A DNA stretch of 64,000 bases from a virus. The stretch lies in IMG/VR virus record IMGVR_UViG_3300031088_000759; one strand, 5' to 3'. The notes below the pieces were generated by a model that made no database searches, had not been told where the DNA came from, and worked only from the letters and a program-made list of their open reading frames with translations. Below, in pieces: positions 31,412 to 41,691 of this stretch. The position numbers were made by a program, and so were the translations under genes. Position 1 is the first letter of the stretch. Each line of letters starts with the position of its first letter.

Positions 31412-32263
31412 TTACTGAATAAGATTTTCCTGACATAATTCGCAAATTTCACTAACTTTATTACGCTTAACATGCCAACGATTATGAGCCGCTATTTTGC
31501 CGCCTTTTATAACGCTGTCGGGAGTGGAAATACCAGGAAACCCATTAATAGAAAAGTGCCTTTGACAATGAACATTTTTAACATAAATCAAAGTATCGCA
31601 CTCATTATTGGCACACTTATGTTTTCTAAAACCATTGAAATAATCTTCTGACACACAAGCTTTTAAATGCGCACTATAATTCGAATAACTAATTTTTTTA
31701 GAGCAATTCTCACACTCAATTTTTTCTTGTGTTTTAAGTAATCTATTTTTGAGTTCTTCTACGTCATAGTTATAGCGGTTAATATTGTTGCTTTGACTAA
31801 TGTTTTCAAATCTTGAATCAATTTCTTTAAGTTTTTTCATATAGCTATGGATAACAGAAATCGAACAATTTAATTTATAGCTGATATTTTCGTAGCTCAT
31901 ACAATCATCAAAATACCAAGATAATAATTGTTCGTCCGTAAAATTCAAGTCTTCTAACTTTGTTAAAAGAGCTTTTTCACTGCCATAAATGTTGTATTCA
32001 GATTTACCTTTTAACAATTCCTCTTGAATAAATTTGTTTTCACTTTTATCTAAGTCTTTTTTAGACTCAGCATAATAAATTAATTGTTTAGCAAAATTAG
32101 ATTTACCATATTTCTTTAATGATAAACGAATCAAACGTCCTGAACCCATATAAGACAACCATTTTTCACCTTTAACAATCTTATGCTGACCAATATAAGT
32201 TTTACCATTAACTAAGTTAGTAATACGATAAACATAACCATATTTTGTTTCATCTATTTCCAT
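31412..32263 (-). CDS. GIY-YIG (Seg-like) homing endonuclease
   Basis: GYVYRITNLVNGKTYIGQH...YMGSG; ATG at 32263 with AGGA RBS. Confidence 0.85.
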   Translation of the reverse strand: MEIDETKYGYVYRITNLVNGKTYIGQHKIVKGEKWLSYMGSGRLIRLSLKKYGKSNFAKQLIYYAESKKDLDKSENKFIQEELLKGKSEYNIYGSEKALLTKLEDLNFTDEQLLSWYFDDCMSYENISYKLNCSISVIHSYMKKLKEIDSRFENISQSNNINRYNYDVEELKNRLLKTQEKIECENCSKKISYSNYSAHLKACVSEDYFNGFRKHKCANNECDTLIYVKNVHCQRHFSINGFPGISTPDSVIKGGKIAAHNRWHVKRNKVSEICELCQENLIQ

Positions 32264-32549
32264 AAAAATCCTGTTCAATAATGATTTTCTCTTACTTATA
32301 ATTATAACAAATTATTTCGGAAAAAATCATTATTGAACAGGATAAATAATTAAAAACAATAGCAGGATTGAAAAGGGGAAGCATTCGAAGGCTTCTATCA
32401 CATTGCGGTGTGGGGGATTCCTGTTTCCCAACTACCTTTTCATTTTAACTTATTCAAGTTTGGAGTCGAACCATCTACTCGCGATTAAACGCTGGAGAAC
32501 CAGTTCCAATTGGCTATGTGTTCTCTCAAAATGAGATCCTGCTATAAAG

Positions 32550-32622
32550 TGCCTCCCCAGGGAATCGAACCCCGATTTTATGATTAAAAGTCACAAGTCC
32601 TAACCAATTGAGCTAGAGAGAC
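32550..32622 (-). tRNA. tRNA-Lys(UUU)
   Basis: cloverleaf. Confidence 0.82.
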
Positions 32623-32784
32623 AAAGATTGATAAATGATCTTCGCAAAAACAGCACCAGCCTGGTTGTTGGTTAAACGTTCAGCAAGGGAATCGAACCCT
32701 TGTATTTCTGTCTGCCACATTTTAGAATTGCTTATAGGTAACCAGCCTATTGCAACCTCAGATCGGGTATTTTTATCAATCAAA

Positions 32785-32907
32785 CGCAGGTGTGTTGCTA
32801 CACCAAAAGGGACGGCACTATTGTTCTCCGTATCGGTGGCAAACCCGACTTCTGCCGAAAATTGCCCTACTCATTAAAGATGGCTACCTCTAAGCCAACT
32901 ACCTGTG
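32785..32907 (-). ncRNA. 23S rRNA L11-binding/GTPase-centre-like RNA
   Basis: CAGGTAGTTGGCTTAGAGGTAGCCATCTTTAATGA...GTGTAGCAACACACCTG resembles 23S H42-H44. Confidence 0.55.
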
Positions 32908-33111
32908 TTTCGCTTCCCCGATAAGATTCGAACTTACTCTTCGTAATGCCTATAGAACATCAGAAGTTTCCATACTGACTAAGGAAATAATTTCCAGTAC
33001 ATACTTTCACGGCGTTCCTTCCGCTATCCTTTGCTGAGAGATCCTGCTAATAACTGGAAACCCTTATTAGCATTTTATAATGCCTCCTCTTATCGAGAAT
33101 GACATCAGGTG

Positions 33112-33184
33112 CTCCCCCACTTGGACTCGAACCAAGAACCCTCCGGTTAACAGCCGAATGCTCTGCCAATTGAGCTACAGGGGA
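33112..33184 (-). tRNA. tRNA-Asn(GUU)
   Basis: cloverleaf. Confidence 0.9.
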
Positions 33185-33231
33185 ATAACTAAGTTTTGTT
33201 ACCGCGTACAAAACCTACAAAAAACGCTCCG

Positions 33232-33305
33232 AGCGGATAACGGGATTCGAACCCGTACTCTCAGTTTGGAAGACTGATATGCTAACCGTTAAACATCATA
33301 TCCGC
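33232..33305 (-). tRNA. tRNA-Gly(UCC)
   Basis: cloverleaf. Confidence 0.88.
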
Positions 33306-33357
33306 ATATAATATATTCTATCAAATTATCAAACATTCTTCAACTTGTTAAACCTAA

Positions 33358-33388
33358 TCTCGTCATTACTCTCAATAAGTCCTCAATT
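33358..33388 (-). repeat. 31-nt leader motif copy 3
   Basis: variant with consistent stem changes. Confidence 0.8.
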
Positions 33389-33467
33389 GGTTTAACAAAA
33401 TTAATTATAACATATTGTTAAAGTTTTGTCAAATTTAATAAACTGAATTTTAAACTTCTGAATTCAG

Positions 33468-33540
33468 AGCCACCTATCGGGATCGAACCGATGACCTCTT
33501 TTTTACGAAAAAAGTGCTCTACCAACTGAGCTAAGGAGGC
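33468..33540 (-). tRNA. tRNA-Thr(CGU)
   Basis: cloverleaf. Confidence 0.85.
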
Positions 33541-33547
33541 AAGGTTT

Positions 33548-33715
33548 AAGTTATGACAGGATTCCAACCTGCATGACCCTCTCCACAAGGGCAGCTTTAC
33601 CATTAAACTACATAACAGGAATTACTTATGTAAACCCTTTTTTCATGATGCCGCAGATTCAAACTGCAGTTTCCCGCTCCACAGCGGCGCATTACCTTTA
33701 CTATGCTACAATCAA
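33548..33715 (-). pseudogene. pair of degenerate His-like tRNA-like sequences
   Basis: two tRNA-like folds with GUG-like loops; paralogous to 52274-52440 and 52636-52804. Confidence 0.5.
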
Positions 33716-33718
33716 AAG

Positions 33719-33792
33719 TACCCCGTACCGGATTCGAACCGGTGTTCTTCTGCGTGAGAGGCAGACGAGATAAACCGCTACTCCAACGGGGC
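33719..33792 (-). tRNA. tRNA-Glu(CUC)
   Basis: cloverleaf. Confidence 0.9.
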
Positions 33793-33893
33793 AAGAACTA
33801 AACTCTATACAATTATCAAATACTGTAAAACTTATATCAGTATAATACCATAGTTAAAATACTTTGTCAAGTTTTTGATTATTAAAACCAAAG

Positions 33894-33965
33894 CTGGGAT
33901 ACCAGGACTCGAACCTAGAATAACGGTACCAGAAACCGTTGTGTTGCCGATTACACCATATCCCA
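33894..33965 (-). tRNA. tRNA-Gln(CUG)
   Basis: cloverleaf. Confidence 0.9.
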
Positions 33966-34179
33966 ATGTAGAAGCAAATTAATACTATAAAATAAAGCAA
34001 TTATTAAAACTTTAAAACGCCTTACAAAACCACTTCCTAATACTCCCACAATAGCGGTCTTTTTCAGGGTATAAAAATGTTGTTTTTGAAGGTTTTTCTA
34101 AGAAACGCTATTTTAATGTCCCTTGCTTGAACAGAATAAAATTTTTATCAAAATCGCTTATAGAATTTTAACTATTCAG

Positions 34180-34261
34180 CGGAAGACACGGGATTCGAAC
34201 CCGCAACCCCTTTCGGAGCGACGCATTTCTAGTGCGCTTGCTGACCACTCGCCTATCTTCC
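34180..34261 (-). tRNA. tRNA-Ser(AGA), A34
   Basis: long arm, G73, loop CT-AGA-AA. Confidence 0.82.
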
Positions 34262-34458
34262 AAAGCTTCACGAATCATTGACTAAATGATTTGAAGCGAT
34301 AACATTCAACGCTGCTATACACGCCCATGATTACGGTATGGTGTCCTGATGTTCTCACATGGTTTGAGTAAAGGTTCTGCGTACTTTACCGAATATCACT
34401 ACGCTCAACTGTTTCATTCTGCGTTGACCATCCATATCAGTAGTCACTCTGATATCAG

Positions 34459-34579
34459 CACCCGTTATAGGGATTGAACCTATATCTATCATGCGCAGGT
34501 TAATTACGCCTGCGATTCCCCTCAACGTAGTACTCCGCGTCAGGGACAAGATTGTGTTTCCCAATTACACTAAACGGCT
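34459..34579 (-). ncRNA. tRNA-like RNA with multi-hairpin insert replacing anticodon arm
   Basis: D arm GTGTAATTGGGAAACAC, T arm, acceptor pairing; ~120 nt. Confidence 0.5.
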
Positions 34580-34723
34580 AAAGCCTATTTACAGCACTTC
34601 GGCATAGGCTAACCAAATAACGAATTGAATGATAAAATTCCTGATTGAATATAATATTACCATTCTCCTTGTGCTTATTCACTACTGAAACCATATTCCC
34701 ATCAGACCTAATTGGTTTCGTCG

Positions 34724-34800
34724 TAGCGGAGGCCGGATTCGAACCGACGAAATACAGGATTATGAGACCTGCGTGTTAGACCTAACTTCACCACTCCGCA
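34724..34800 (-). tRNA. tRNA-Met(CAU), initiator-like 1:72 mismatch
   Basis: cloverleaf. Confidence 0.85.
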
Positions 34801-35266
34801 ATGATTTATTCTCCAAAACTATATCAGAAAACAAATATTTATTTAATTATTCAAAATTTTGAACAATATAAAAACTTACAAAAACCTTTTCGGCTCCTAA
34901 AAGATTAGTGCTTTCTTCTAGAGTACTTCAAATTCTCATCTTAGTACTCTAGAAGAAAGCACCATATGCCTTATTTTTGTCCTGGTTAGGCTTCCAGTTT
35001 GGATGACCCTTAGTACACATTGAACTTATAAAAATAAATTTAACTATTCATACAGTATTCAACTTCCCGCGAAACCCTCTGAGATTCCATCCTCAAAGGC
35101 ATCCACCAGGTTTATTCAACCAGTCCGTGCGTTGGGGTTGTGAACTACACGACAAAGGAACTAAAAATATATAAAATTATCAAACAACTATCAATCATCT
35201 TGCTTTACTTGAATATCTTAACACATTAAAAAAATTTTGTCAACTATTGAAATCAATAAACCTTTA

Positions 35267-36289
35267 TCAAGAATTATCCACACGGCGCAATTTAATAATC
35301 AAGTCAGCAGTTACCCCACCTTTATCTTCGCCCCACTTGAATTCTTTGCCTTCTTCAAGACCTATAACTTCATAAGATGATTCAGGCAACAAAACTTCAA
35401 ACTCATGTTGATGTCTGCTCACACTACTCATAACACCACCTTTATCAGTTACAATCTCTAAAGCTACATTTTTTCCTTCAACAATTTTTCCATCTACAAA
35501 ATTATTCCCTCTCATGAAACCATTTGACTGAGCAGGATTAACAGAAGTTGATAAAGCTCTATCCAACTTAATTGTAGAGCCAATTTTTGGATTCTGCGCT
35601 AAGACAAGATCTCTCGTTTCGTAAGACAACCCTGAGAACACAGTCAAAGGCTCCTCAAACTTTGGAGACTTGTGTAACGCATTATTTAAATTCTTCACAA
35701 AAACTTCGTCTTTTTCAGAAAAACTTTTTGCATATTCGTCAGAACTACAAGAATATTTGAAGACAGACCAGGCTTCATCAGAAGAGCAATTACTAATCCA
35801 TTGTTCAGCAGCTTTATCCATATCATCCCACAAATCAGGCTGATCTTTCATCATTTCTTCAACATCATTGCCAAAACCAATTATACTATCACTGGTATGT
35901 ACAACTTTAGGTGCTCTGATTTTTACAGGCTTATTATTCAATTTTCCAGAATCATTAACATTATTAGGGATATAATCATTAAGAGTATTCTCTACTTTAT
36001 TCCTTAAATCAATCAATGATGATTGTTTAGGATCACTAAAAGGGGAAGTTCTGTTTTCAACAAACTCTTTCATAATTGCTTGATGTGTTCTGCCTCTAAC
36101 ACCTATTAAACGGCTAACTTCACTAATAGGATTTTCCATTTGTTTTTCATAGGCTTTTTGTGCCTCTTCTTTCGTGTCATAATGCTCAGCGAAATCATTC
36201 TTTTCGTAAGGACAATTGCCAAAATTAGCACGACAAATATTAGCATTACCAGTCTTAGGGTTGATGTGATAACGTTTAACAGATGACAT
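35267..36289 (-). CDS. YH-C-C-H leader + ADP-ribosyltransferase-like domain
   Basis: start MSSVKRYH with GGAG RBS; LSTS and HEFEVLLP motifs; first-strand Arg replaced (TVFSG). Confidence 0.78.
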   Translation of the reverse strand: MSSVKRYHINPKTGNANICRANFGNCPYEKNDFAEHYDTKEEAQKAYEKQMENPISEVSRLIGVRGRTHQAIMKEFVENRTSPFSDPKQSSLIDLRNKVENTLNDYIPNNVNDSGKLNNKPVKIRAPKVVHTSDSIIGFGNDVEEMMKDQPDLWDDMDKAAEQWISNCSSDEAWSVFKYSCSSDEYAKSFSEKDEVFVKNLNNALHKSPKFEEPLTVFSGLSYETRDLVLAQNPKIGSTIKLDRALSTSVNPAQSNGFMRGNNFVDGKIVEGKNVALEIVTDKGGVMSSVSRHQHEFEVLLPESSYEVIGLEEGKEFKWGEDKGGVTADLIIKLRRVDNS

Positions 36290-36426
36290 AAAAGCTCCAT
36301 GAATAATTAAATAATATGTAAAACTATTTTCTAAACTATACAAGAGAAACAACAACTTGAGCACTATTTCGTCAAGTTGTTGTTTCTCTTTGAATGTATT
36401 TATGCTTCTAACTTCTTTTTAAAAGG

Positions 36427-36984
36427 TCAAGAATTATTAAGCTCTTCTAATTCTTGTTGTAGCTGTTTAATTTTTTCTTCACGGGCTTTTTTCTTATCAT
36501 CTTTAGACAAAGGACGAATCGCTGTGAAAATTGCATGATTGTATTTATCCCAATCAGCAAAACCTGCACCTTCAGTTTGAATATAATGATACTTCAACTT
36601 GTTATCCTTGGCAAACTTTTCAGCTTCTTTTCTTGAAAAAACTTCTTTACGTGTGTTAGCTTTAGTCTTAAATACAACCTCTTCACCTTTTCTGAAAGAA
36701 ACATAAGAACTGTATTTTTGCTTTATTTTATCAGCTGTGGTGTTCTTGATAATTCCAACATTCGGATATTTTTTAGCAAACGATTCTTGAACATTCGCTT
36801 TTCGTTCATCAAAAGAAATTGTTGAATAGTTGGCAAAAGTATTCTTATCGTTTTCTGCTTCATAAGCCGCACGTGCTTCTTCTTTGGAATAAAAATGTCG
36901 ATCATCACCACCACGAGGACATGCTTTGACTTCGGCTTTACATAATGCTGTATTGCCCGCTTCAGTAATATGGTATTTAGACAT
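36427..36984 (-). CDS. YH-C-C-H leader family protein
   Basis: MSKYHITEAGNTALCKAEVKACP...RHFYSKEEARAAYE. Confidence 0.8.
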   Translation of the reverse strand: MSKYHITEAGNTALCKAEVKACPRGGDDRHFYSKEEARAAYEAENDKNTFANYSTISFDERKANVQESFAKKYPNVGIIKNTTADKIKQKYSSYVSFRKGEEVVFKTKANTRKEVFSRKEAEKFAKDNKLKYHYIQTEGAGFADWDKYNHAIFTAIRPLSKDDKKKAREEKIKQLQQELEELNNS

Positions 36985-37103
36985 AGAATACTCTCCTTAA
37001 AATTAGCTTATTAATTGATTTTCTAATCAATTAGTCAATATACTCTCGAATTACTGAGACACCAGGTTCATCAGATTCTTCTTCCCAAATCTTAAAATCT
37101 TCT

Positions 37104-37385
37104 TCAAAAGTAAGATCCTCTTCTTGAAGATATTCGTTCATTTTTTTCAAGAGCTTCAGAAACTTGATTTTTAACAAATTCAATATAAGACTCCCAATCG
37201 TATTGTTTAAATTGATCAGTTTCCAATTCAAGGAAATCACTATCCTCACCTTCACCACCAATACCATAAGGAAGCACATCAACTACCTCGGCATTTTGAC
37301 CATTAGTTTCAACAATTACATGGTAAATAAAAGTTTCCATACTATCATCCACACGTCCACCATCAAGCTTAAGTTTATGAATCAT
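37104..37385 (-). CDS. hypothetical protein
   Basis: acidic 93-aa ORF in minus-strand gene run. Confidence 0.55.
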   Translation of the reverse strand: MIHKLKLDGGRVDDSMETFIYHVIVETNGQNAEVVDVLPYGIGGEGEDSDFLELETDQFKQYDWESYIEFVKNQVSEALEKNERISSRRGSYF

Positions 37386-37430
37386 TTTTGATCAGCTTTC
37401 TTATAGAATTTGAACATTAATTAATAATAA

Positions 37431-37814
37431 TCACAAATAACTTTTCAACATTTCTACAAAAGCAAAGGGTAAACTGTCAAGACGTTTCTCTTCTCTACCA
37501 GTATGCGAAGAAAAAGCAGAAACATAAACAGCGGTGGAATACAGAACATCACAATTAAAAGTATATGCGCCATTAAAGATTTCGTACGTCAATATAACAG
37601 AAACAGACGTATTCTCTTGTCCATTTTTTACATAAACATTTTCTTCTATAACAGCTCGTGAAACATTAGACAAGTCAAAAGATTCACCATCTTGAACGAA
37701 AGCATTCATCAAAGAAAGATCCAAGATAGCCCGCCGCTCGTGTGAAGAACTGTTGCTGATTAAAGAAATAGTGCTATTGCGCTCATCTCTACATTTTCTA
37801 TCAATATTATTCAT
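37431..37814 (-). CDS. hypothetical protein
   Basis: 127-aa ORF. Confidence 0.6.
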   Translation of the reverse strand: MNNIDRKCRDERNSTISLISNSSSHERRAILDLSLMNAFVQDGESFDLSNVSRAVIEENVYVKNGQENTSVSVILTYEIFNGAYTFNCDVLYSTAVYVSAFSSHTGREEKRLDSLPFAFVEMLKSYL

Positions 37815-37997
37815 GATTTACTCTTTTCCGAAATATATATTACGATAATTCAATCATAGCATATACAGCAAAGAACAGCAATGATGAGATTCTAATGTTG
37901 TCGATTTTATCGTTGATATGGGATATATTGTTCCTGGAACTATTCATGAACCTCAAAGAACAGTTGAAGAACACTTGAAGAAGTGGAAGAAATAATT

Positions 37998-39023
37998 TTA
38001 GGAGTTTCTTTTACGTCTTTTATGTTCAGGACACTTTTTTGAAATCCCATACCTTAATCTAATTCCACAATCAGAACAAACAGGATATGTCAAACAGACT
38101 TTTTCATGTCGTTTAATATTCATAGCTCCCATTAATTCATCGCAATGCTGACATTTTAGTTTTGTATTTATCATTGAATGTTCTTTACAAAATTTAACAC
38201 CTTTACGAGACAGTCTAACATTGCAAGTTTGACATTTAGGAAAACTTTCACAAGCTTTCTCATGTTGGTCTATAACAGAACTTTTAAACTCAACTTCACA
38301 AAAAGAACATTTTTTATACGAAGAAATTTTTGGAATTCTTTCTTTTTTAGCAACCGGAGTTCTTTTGCTATTTGCTAATTTTTGCGACTCTTTGACAGTG
38401 CGACGTGGAATCCCTAATCTTTTCATAATATTTAAAGCCTTAGTTCTACCAACACCTAATTTTTCAGCTAATTCTGGACGAGATAAACCCTGATTCCAAT
38501 AAAGATCGTAAATATAATCGTAGTTATATTCATTAGCAGATTTTTCTTTAACATACTCGGCTTGGCATTTACGTGAACAAAAAACTCTATTTTTAATTCT
38601 ATTATGAAAAACTTCATGACAGCCAGGGCAAATCAATTTTCTAAGCATATAGTTATTCTCAGAGGAAAGTTTTTGAAGATGAGTGTTTCTAATGTTATTA
38701 CGGGTTTCTTCTGAATGTTCCCACTTTTCGTTTAAAGACGGAATTTTCCCAAAATATTTAGGACTCATATTATTAAACCATTTGATTTCAAGAGTATTTA
38801 AAGTTTTATTATCATATTTACATTCTTCTAAAATACGAAATACAAGTAATTCAGGAATAGCACCATTAGCATGATACCACTCCACAAAATCTTTTCTTTT
38901 ATGTTTTTTACTTTTTAAGTCTTTCAAATGGTATTTCCAGCGCTGTTCAATGTTCTTTGACATACCAATATACAAGCACTCATCCGTCTTACTATCAAAA
39001 ATACCATAAATGCCAACAGTCAT
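37998..39023 (-). CDS. GIY-YIG homing endonuclease with HTH and Zn fingers
   Basis: MTVGIYGIF...LYIGMSKNIEQRW, HSEETR; paralog of 58615-59397. Confidence 0.85.
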   Translation of the reverse strand: MTVGIYGIFDSKTDECLYIGMSKNIEQRWKYHLKDLKSKKHKRKDFVEWYHANGAIPELLVFRILEECKYDNKTLNTLEIKWFNNMSPKYFGKIPSLNEKWEHSEETRNNIRNTHLQKLSSENNYMLRKLICPGCHEVFHNRIKNRVFCSRKCQAEYVKEKSANEYNYDYIYDLYWNQGLSRPELAEKLGVGRTKALNIMKRLGIPRRTVKESQKLANSKRTPVAKKERIPKISSYKKCSFCEVEFKSSVIDQHEKACESFPKCQTCNVRLSRKGVKFCKEHSMINTKLKCQHCDELMGAMNIKRHEKVCLTYPVCSDCGIRLRYGISKKCPEHKRRKRNS

Positions 39024-39126
39024 AAAAATAGCCCCTAACTTGAAATACTCATATTAAGTATTATACCAAGTCAAAGGCTATTTTTATCATTTTTTATAAA
39101 ATTATTTTATTAAAATTTTAATACTA

Positions 39127-39205
39127 TGGCGACCACGACGGGACTCGAACCCGCAACCCTCGGAGAGACAATCCGATACTCTAACCAAAATTGAGCTACG
39201 CGGCC
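39127..39205 (-). tRNA. tRNA-Asp(GUC)
   Basis: cloverleaf, encoded CCA. Confidence 0.88.
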
Positions 39206-39372
39206 ATAATGAACAAATCCTTTTCCCTAAGATTCATTCTAAAATCCGATATCTTTTACCAATATCAGAACTGTAACTATTTTGCAGAACAGTTAGGAAA
39301 AACAGCGGAAACAGTTAGTAGGGCAAACTTTTACGTTTCCTATGTAATTCGGGCTGCAACCCGTCCCTACCG

Positions 39373-39448
39373 CGATCACGATGGGATTTGAACCCACGAT
39401 CCCCAGCTTGACGAGCTGGTGCTTTAAGCCATGCTAAGCTACGCGACC
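39373..39448 (-). tRNA. tRNA-Asp(GUC)
   Basis: cloverleaf, C33. Confidence 0.8.
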
Positions 39449-39812
39449 ATTTTTATATAAAATTATCAAAACTTCTAACAACCTTACATAAATTATTATA
39501 TCAAACTTTTTCAAACTTGTCAAGTAAATGAAAACTAACTATCAAAGTTCTTCTAATTCTTGAATATCATCATCAGTTAGTTCAATCTTCTTGTCAAAAA
39601 GACGAACATCAGACTTCAAAGCATTGTCTAAAATTTCTTTACCTAAAACTTTATCAATATTCATATATTATCCTTTTCAATAAATATTAAAAAATGCTTT
39701 CCCTCGCTTGTTTTCTCTTAGGAAAATTCACCTGCTAAGGCTTTTTTGCTAAACCTTTCGCTGATTCTAAAAACAAGAAAACCAGTTTCATCTATTTAAC
39801 AAACATTTTTCG

Positions 39813-39892
39813 TAGTTTTCCCAAGATTCGAACTTGGATCTCCTGACGCCCTAATAGGTTAGTCAGTTGCTCTTGCCTCAAGCTAGAAAACT
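39813..39892 (-). ncRNA. tRNA-like RNA with expanded anticodon loop
   Basis: acceptor, D and T arms intact; 14-nt loop containing CCTATTAGG. Confidence 0.5.
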
Positions 39893-40069
39893 ATGGGCTA
39901 GAGACTTCATGGTAGCGACCCACGAAGGATTAACATTTAAAGACCATGCTCCAGCCGTTCACGCTCTACCTTTTTCAAGGCTATTAACTCGTTCTTCACC
40001 TAATCTTAATGGTGCCTAATGACTATCACGTCAACAGAGGGCTGAGACCACAAGAATCAAAGAACAAAG

Positions 40070-40151
40070 TAGCTCCGGAGGGACTCGAACCCTCACACCT
40101 CTCGATACTTGATTTTGAGTCAAGCGCGTCTACCAATTCCGCCACAGAGCC
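40070..40151 (-). tRNA. tRNA-Leu(CAA)
   Basis: cloverleaf. Confidence 0.9.
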
Positions 40152-40354
40152 ATATGTGGGATAATTTGTGTGAAGCGTAAAATACCGCAACTTTTGTTTC
40201 TCCCGTATCCGGCAAGTACAGTGCTCAACTGTTGAAACTATACCGAAAAACTATAAGAATTTTTTGTTCTTAACCGTTTCGCTAAGTTTTGTAATTCTTG
40301 TTAAATCCGACTACTTAACCATTCGTTAAGCTTGCCGAAAACTTAAAACATTTA

Positions 40355-40546
40355 TCAAATCTCCATTGCAAAAGCATTATGGCAAGAAACACACAACCAA
40401 TGGTTGCTATCATCGTGATTCTTTTCTTCTTCCCAAGGGTTAGGTTCATAACTCACGGTATTTCTTGATGAACCCATACCTTCAATCCATACCGGCAAAA
40501 GTTTCTTACAATACTCGCAATGTCTATAAATATATGTTTCAACCAT
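40355..40546 (-). CDS. small Cys4 zinc-binding protein
   Basis: CEYC...HWLCVSC; AAGGAG RBS; paralog of 41692-41898. Confidence 0.7.
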   Translation of the reverse strand: MVETYIYRHCEYCKKLLPVWIEGMGSSRNTVSYEPNPWEEEKNHDDSNHWLCVSCHNAFAMEI

Positions 40547-40694
40547 TATAATCTCCTTAAAATAAATAACATTACTAACATTCTTTTGTTATTCATCATA
40601 TTTATTTCAAAGAATTCATGAATCATAAAACTATTGTTTTTTATTCACTTATCAAATATCTTTAACTTACAAGAACAACTATAACACTATATAA

Positions 40695-41429
40695 TTATTT
40701 TGTCAAGTCTTGTGCCATCACATGCGGACAACCATTCGCAAAAGTAGATTTATAAACAATTCTACCACAACTACAATAACCATTCTTCGTGCTATCACTA
40801 TTTTTAGTATTACCATACGTTTCTGTTTGTGTATGACAATTAGCACATAAAAACCTTAAATTTTCAAATCTATTGTCAGTGCTCTCACCATTAATATGAT
40901 CAACCTGCAGAGTTATACGTTTACCACGCCACTCAGCTTTTTCATGTAGAATACAATCAACCATTGAACAAACGTATTTTACACCTTTATCCAGCATACG
41001 GTTTCTTAAAGAAACGCCACTGTGTGAAGTATCAATAGCAAAAAATTCTTCATCAGACAATCTACGTATTTTTCCAATTCTTCTGTTTGAACTAACCGCA
41101 TCATATTTTGGTAATTCAATTTTATAAAGTTTAGACAAATAACGTATTTGTTTATATCTATAGTTTTGAATTTCTGAATAGCCCAGATTTCGAATTACTT
41201 CAACAATGCTATTCGAATTACTAACAGCTTCTTGAAATTCTTCTTTTGAAATCGAATTCTTAGGTTTTTCAAAAGAAATATTTAACTCTGATATATATTT
41301 AGCAAATGATAAAGTTGATCGTGACAAACCAAAACTCCTAGCAAAAGACTGCATGGAACTATATTGTTTACTCAACTCAATAAAATCATCTTTTGGTATC
41401 TGTTTCCAATCAGGATTTTTACTTGCCAT
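40695..41429 (-). CDS. HNH homing endonuclease
   Basis: LQVDHINGESTDNRFENLRFLCANCHTQT. Confidence 0.88.
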   Translation of the reverse strand: MASKNPDWKQIPKDDFIELSKQYSSMQSFARSFGLSRSTLSFAKYISELNISFEKPKNSISKEEFQEAVSNSNSIVEVIRNLGYSEIQNYRYKQIRYLSKLYKIELPKYDAVSSNRRIGKIRRLSDEEFFAIDTSHSGVSLRNRMLDKGVKYVCSMVDCILHEKAEWRGKRITLQVDHINGESTDNRFENLRFLCANCHTQTETYGNTKNSDSTKNGYCSCGRIVYKSTFANGCPHVMAQDLTK

Positions 41430-41567
41430 TTTCTCTCCATTCAATAATTTACTATTAAAAGTATTTTATCAAATAAAATTATGAAATGACTATTTTTAAC
41501 GACTATATTATACAATAAATTAAAATATTTATTAATTTCAAAAACCAGCGCTGAACTGGTCTTATCG

Positions 41568-41642
41568 TCGGGATACTCGGATTTGAACCGAGAGTCTCCG
41601 CATCCCAAATGCGGCGGATTAACCAAATTTTCCTATATCCCG
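41568..41642 (-). tRNA. tRNA-Pro(UGG)
   Basis: cloverleaf. Confidence 0.88.
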
Positions 41643-41691
41643 AAATTGAGCACATTTTTTAACGTGGTTAAAACTCATTCCACAATAATTA

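Noticed and set aside
32785-32907. A true rRNA gene
   Set aside because: Similarity is limited to one ~60-nt domain with an insertion; no 16S/23S/5S context
35096-35107. GGTGGATGCCTT match to the 5' region of 23S rRNA
   Set aside because: Only 12 nt with no flanking similarity; compatible with chance
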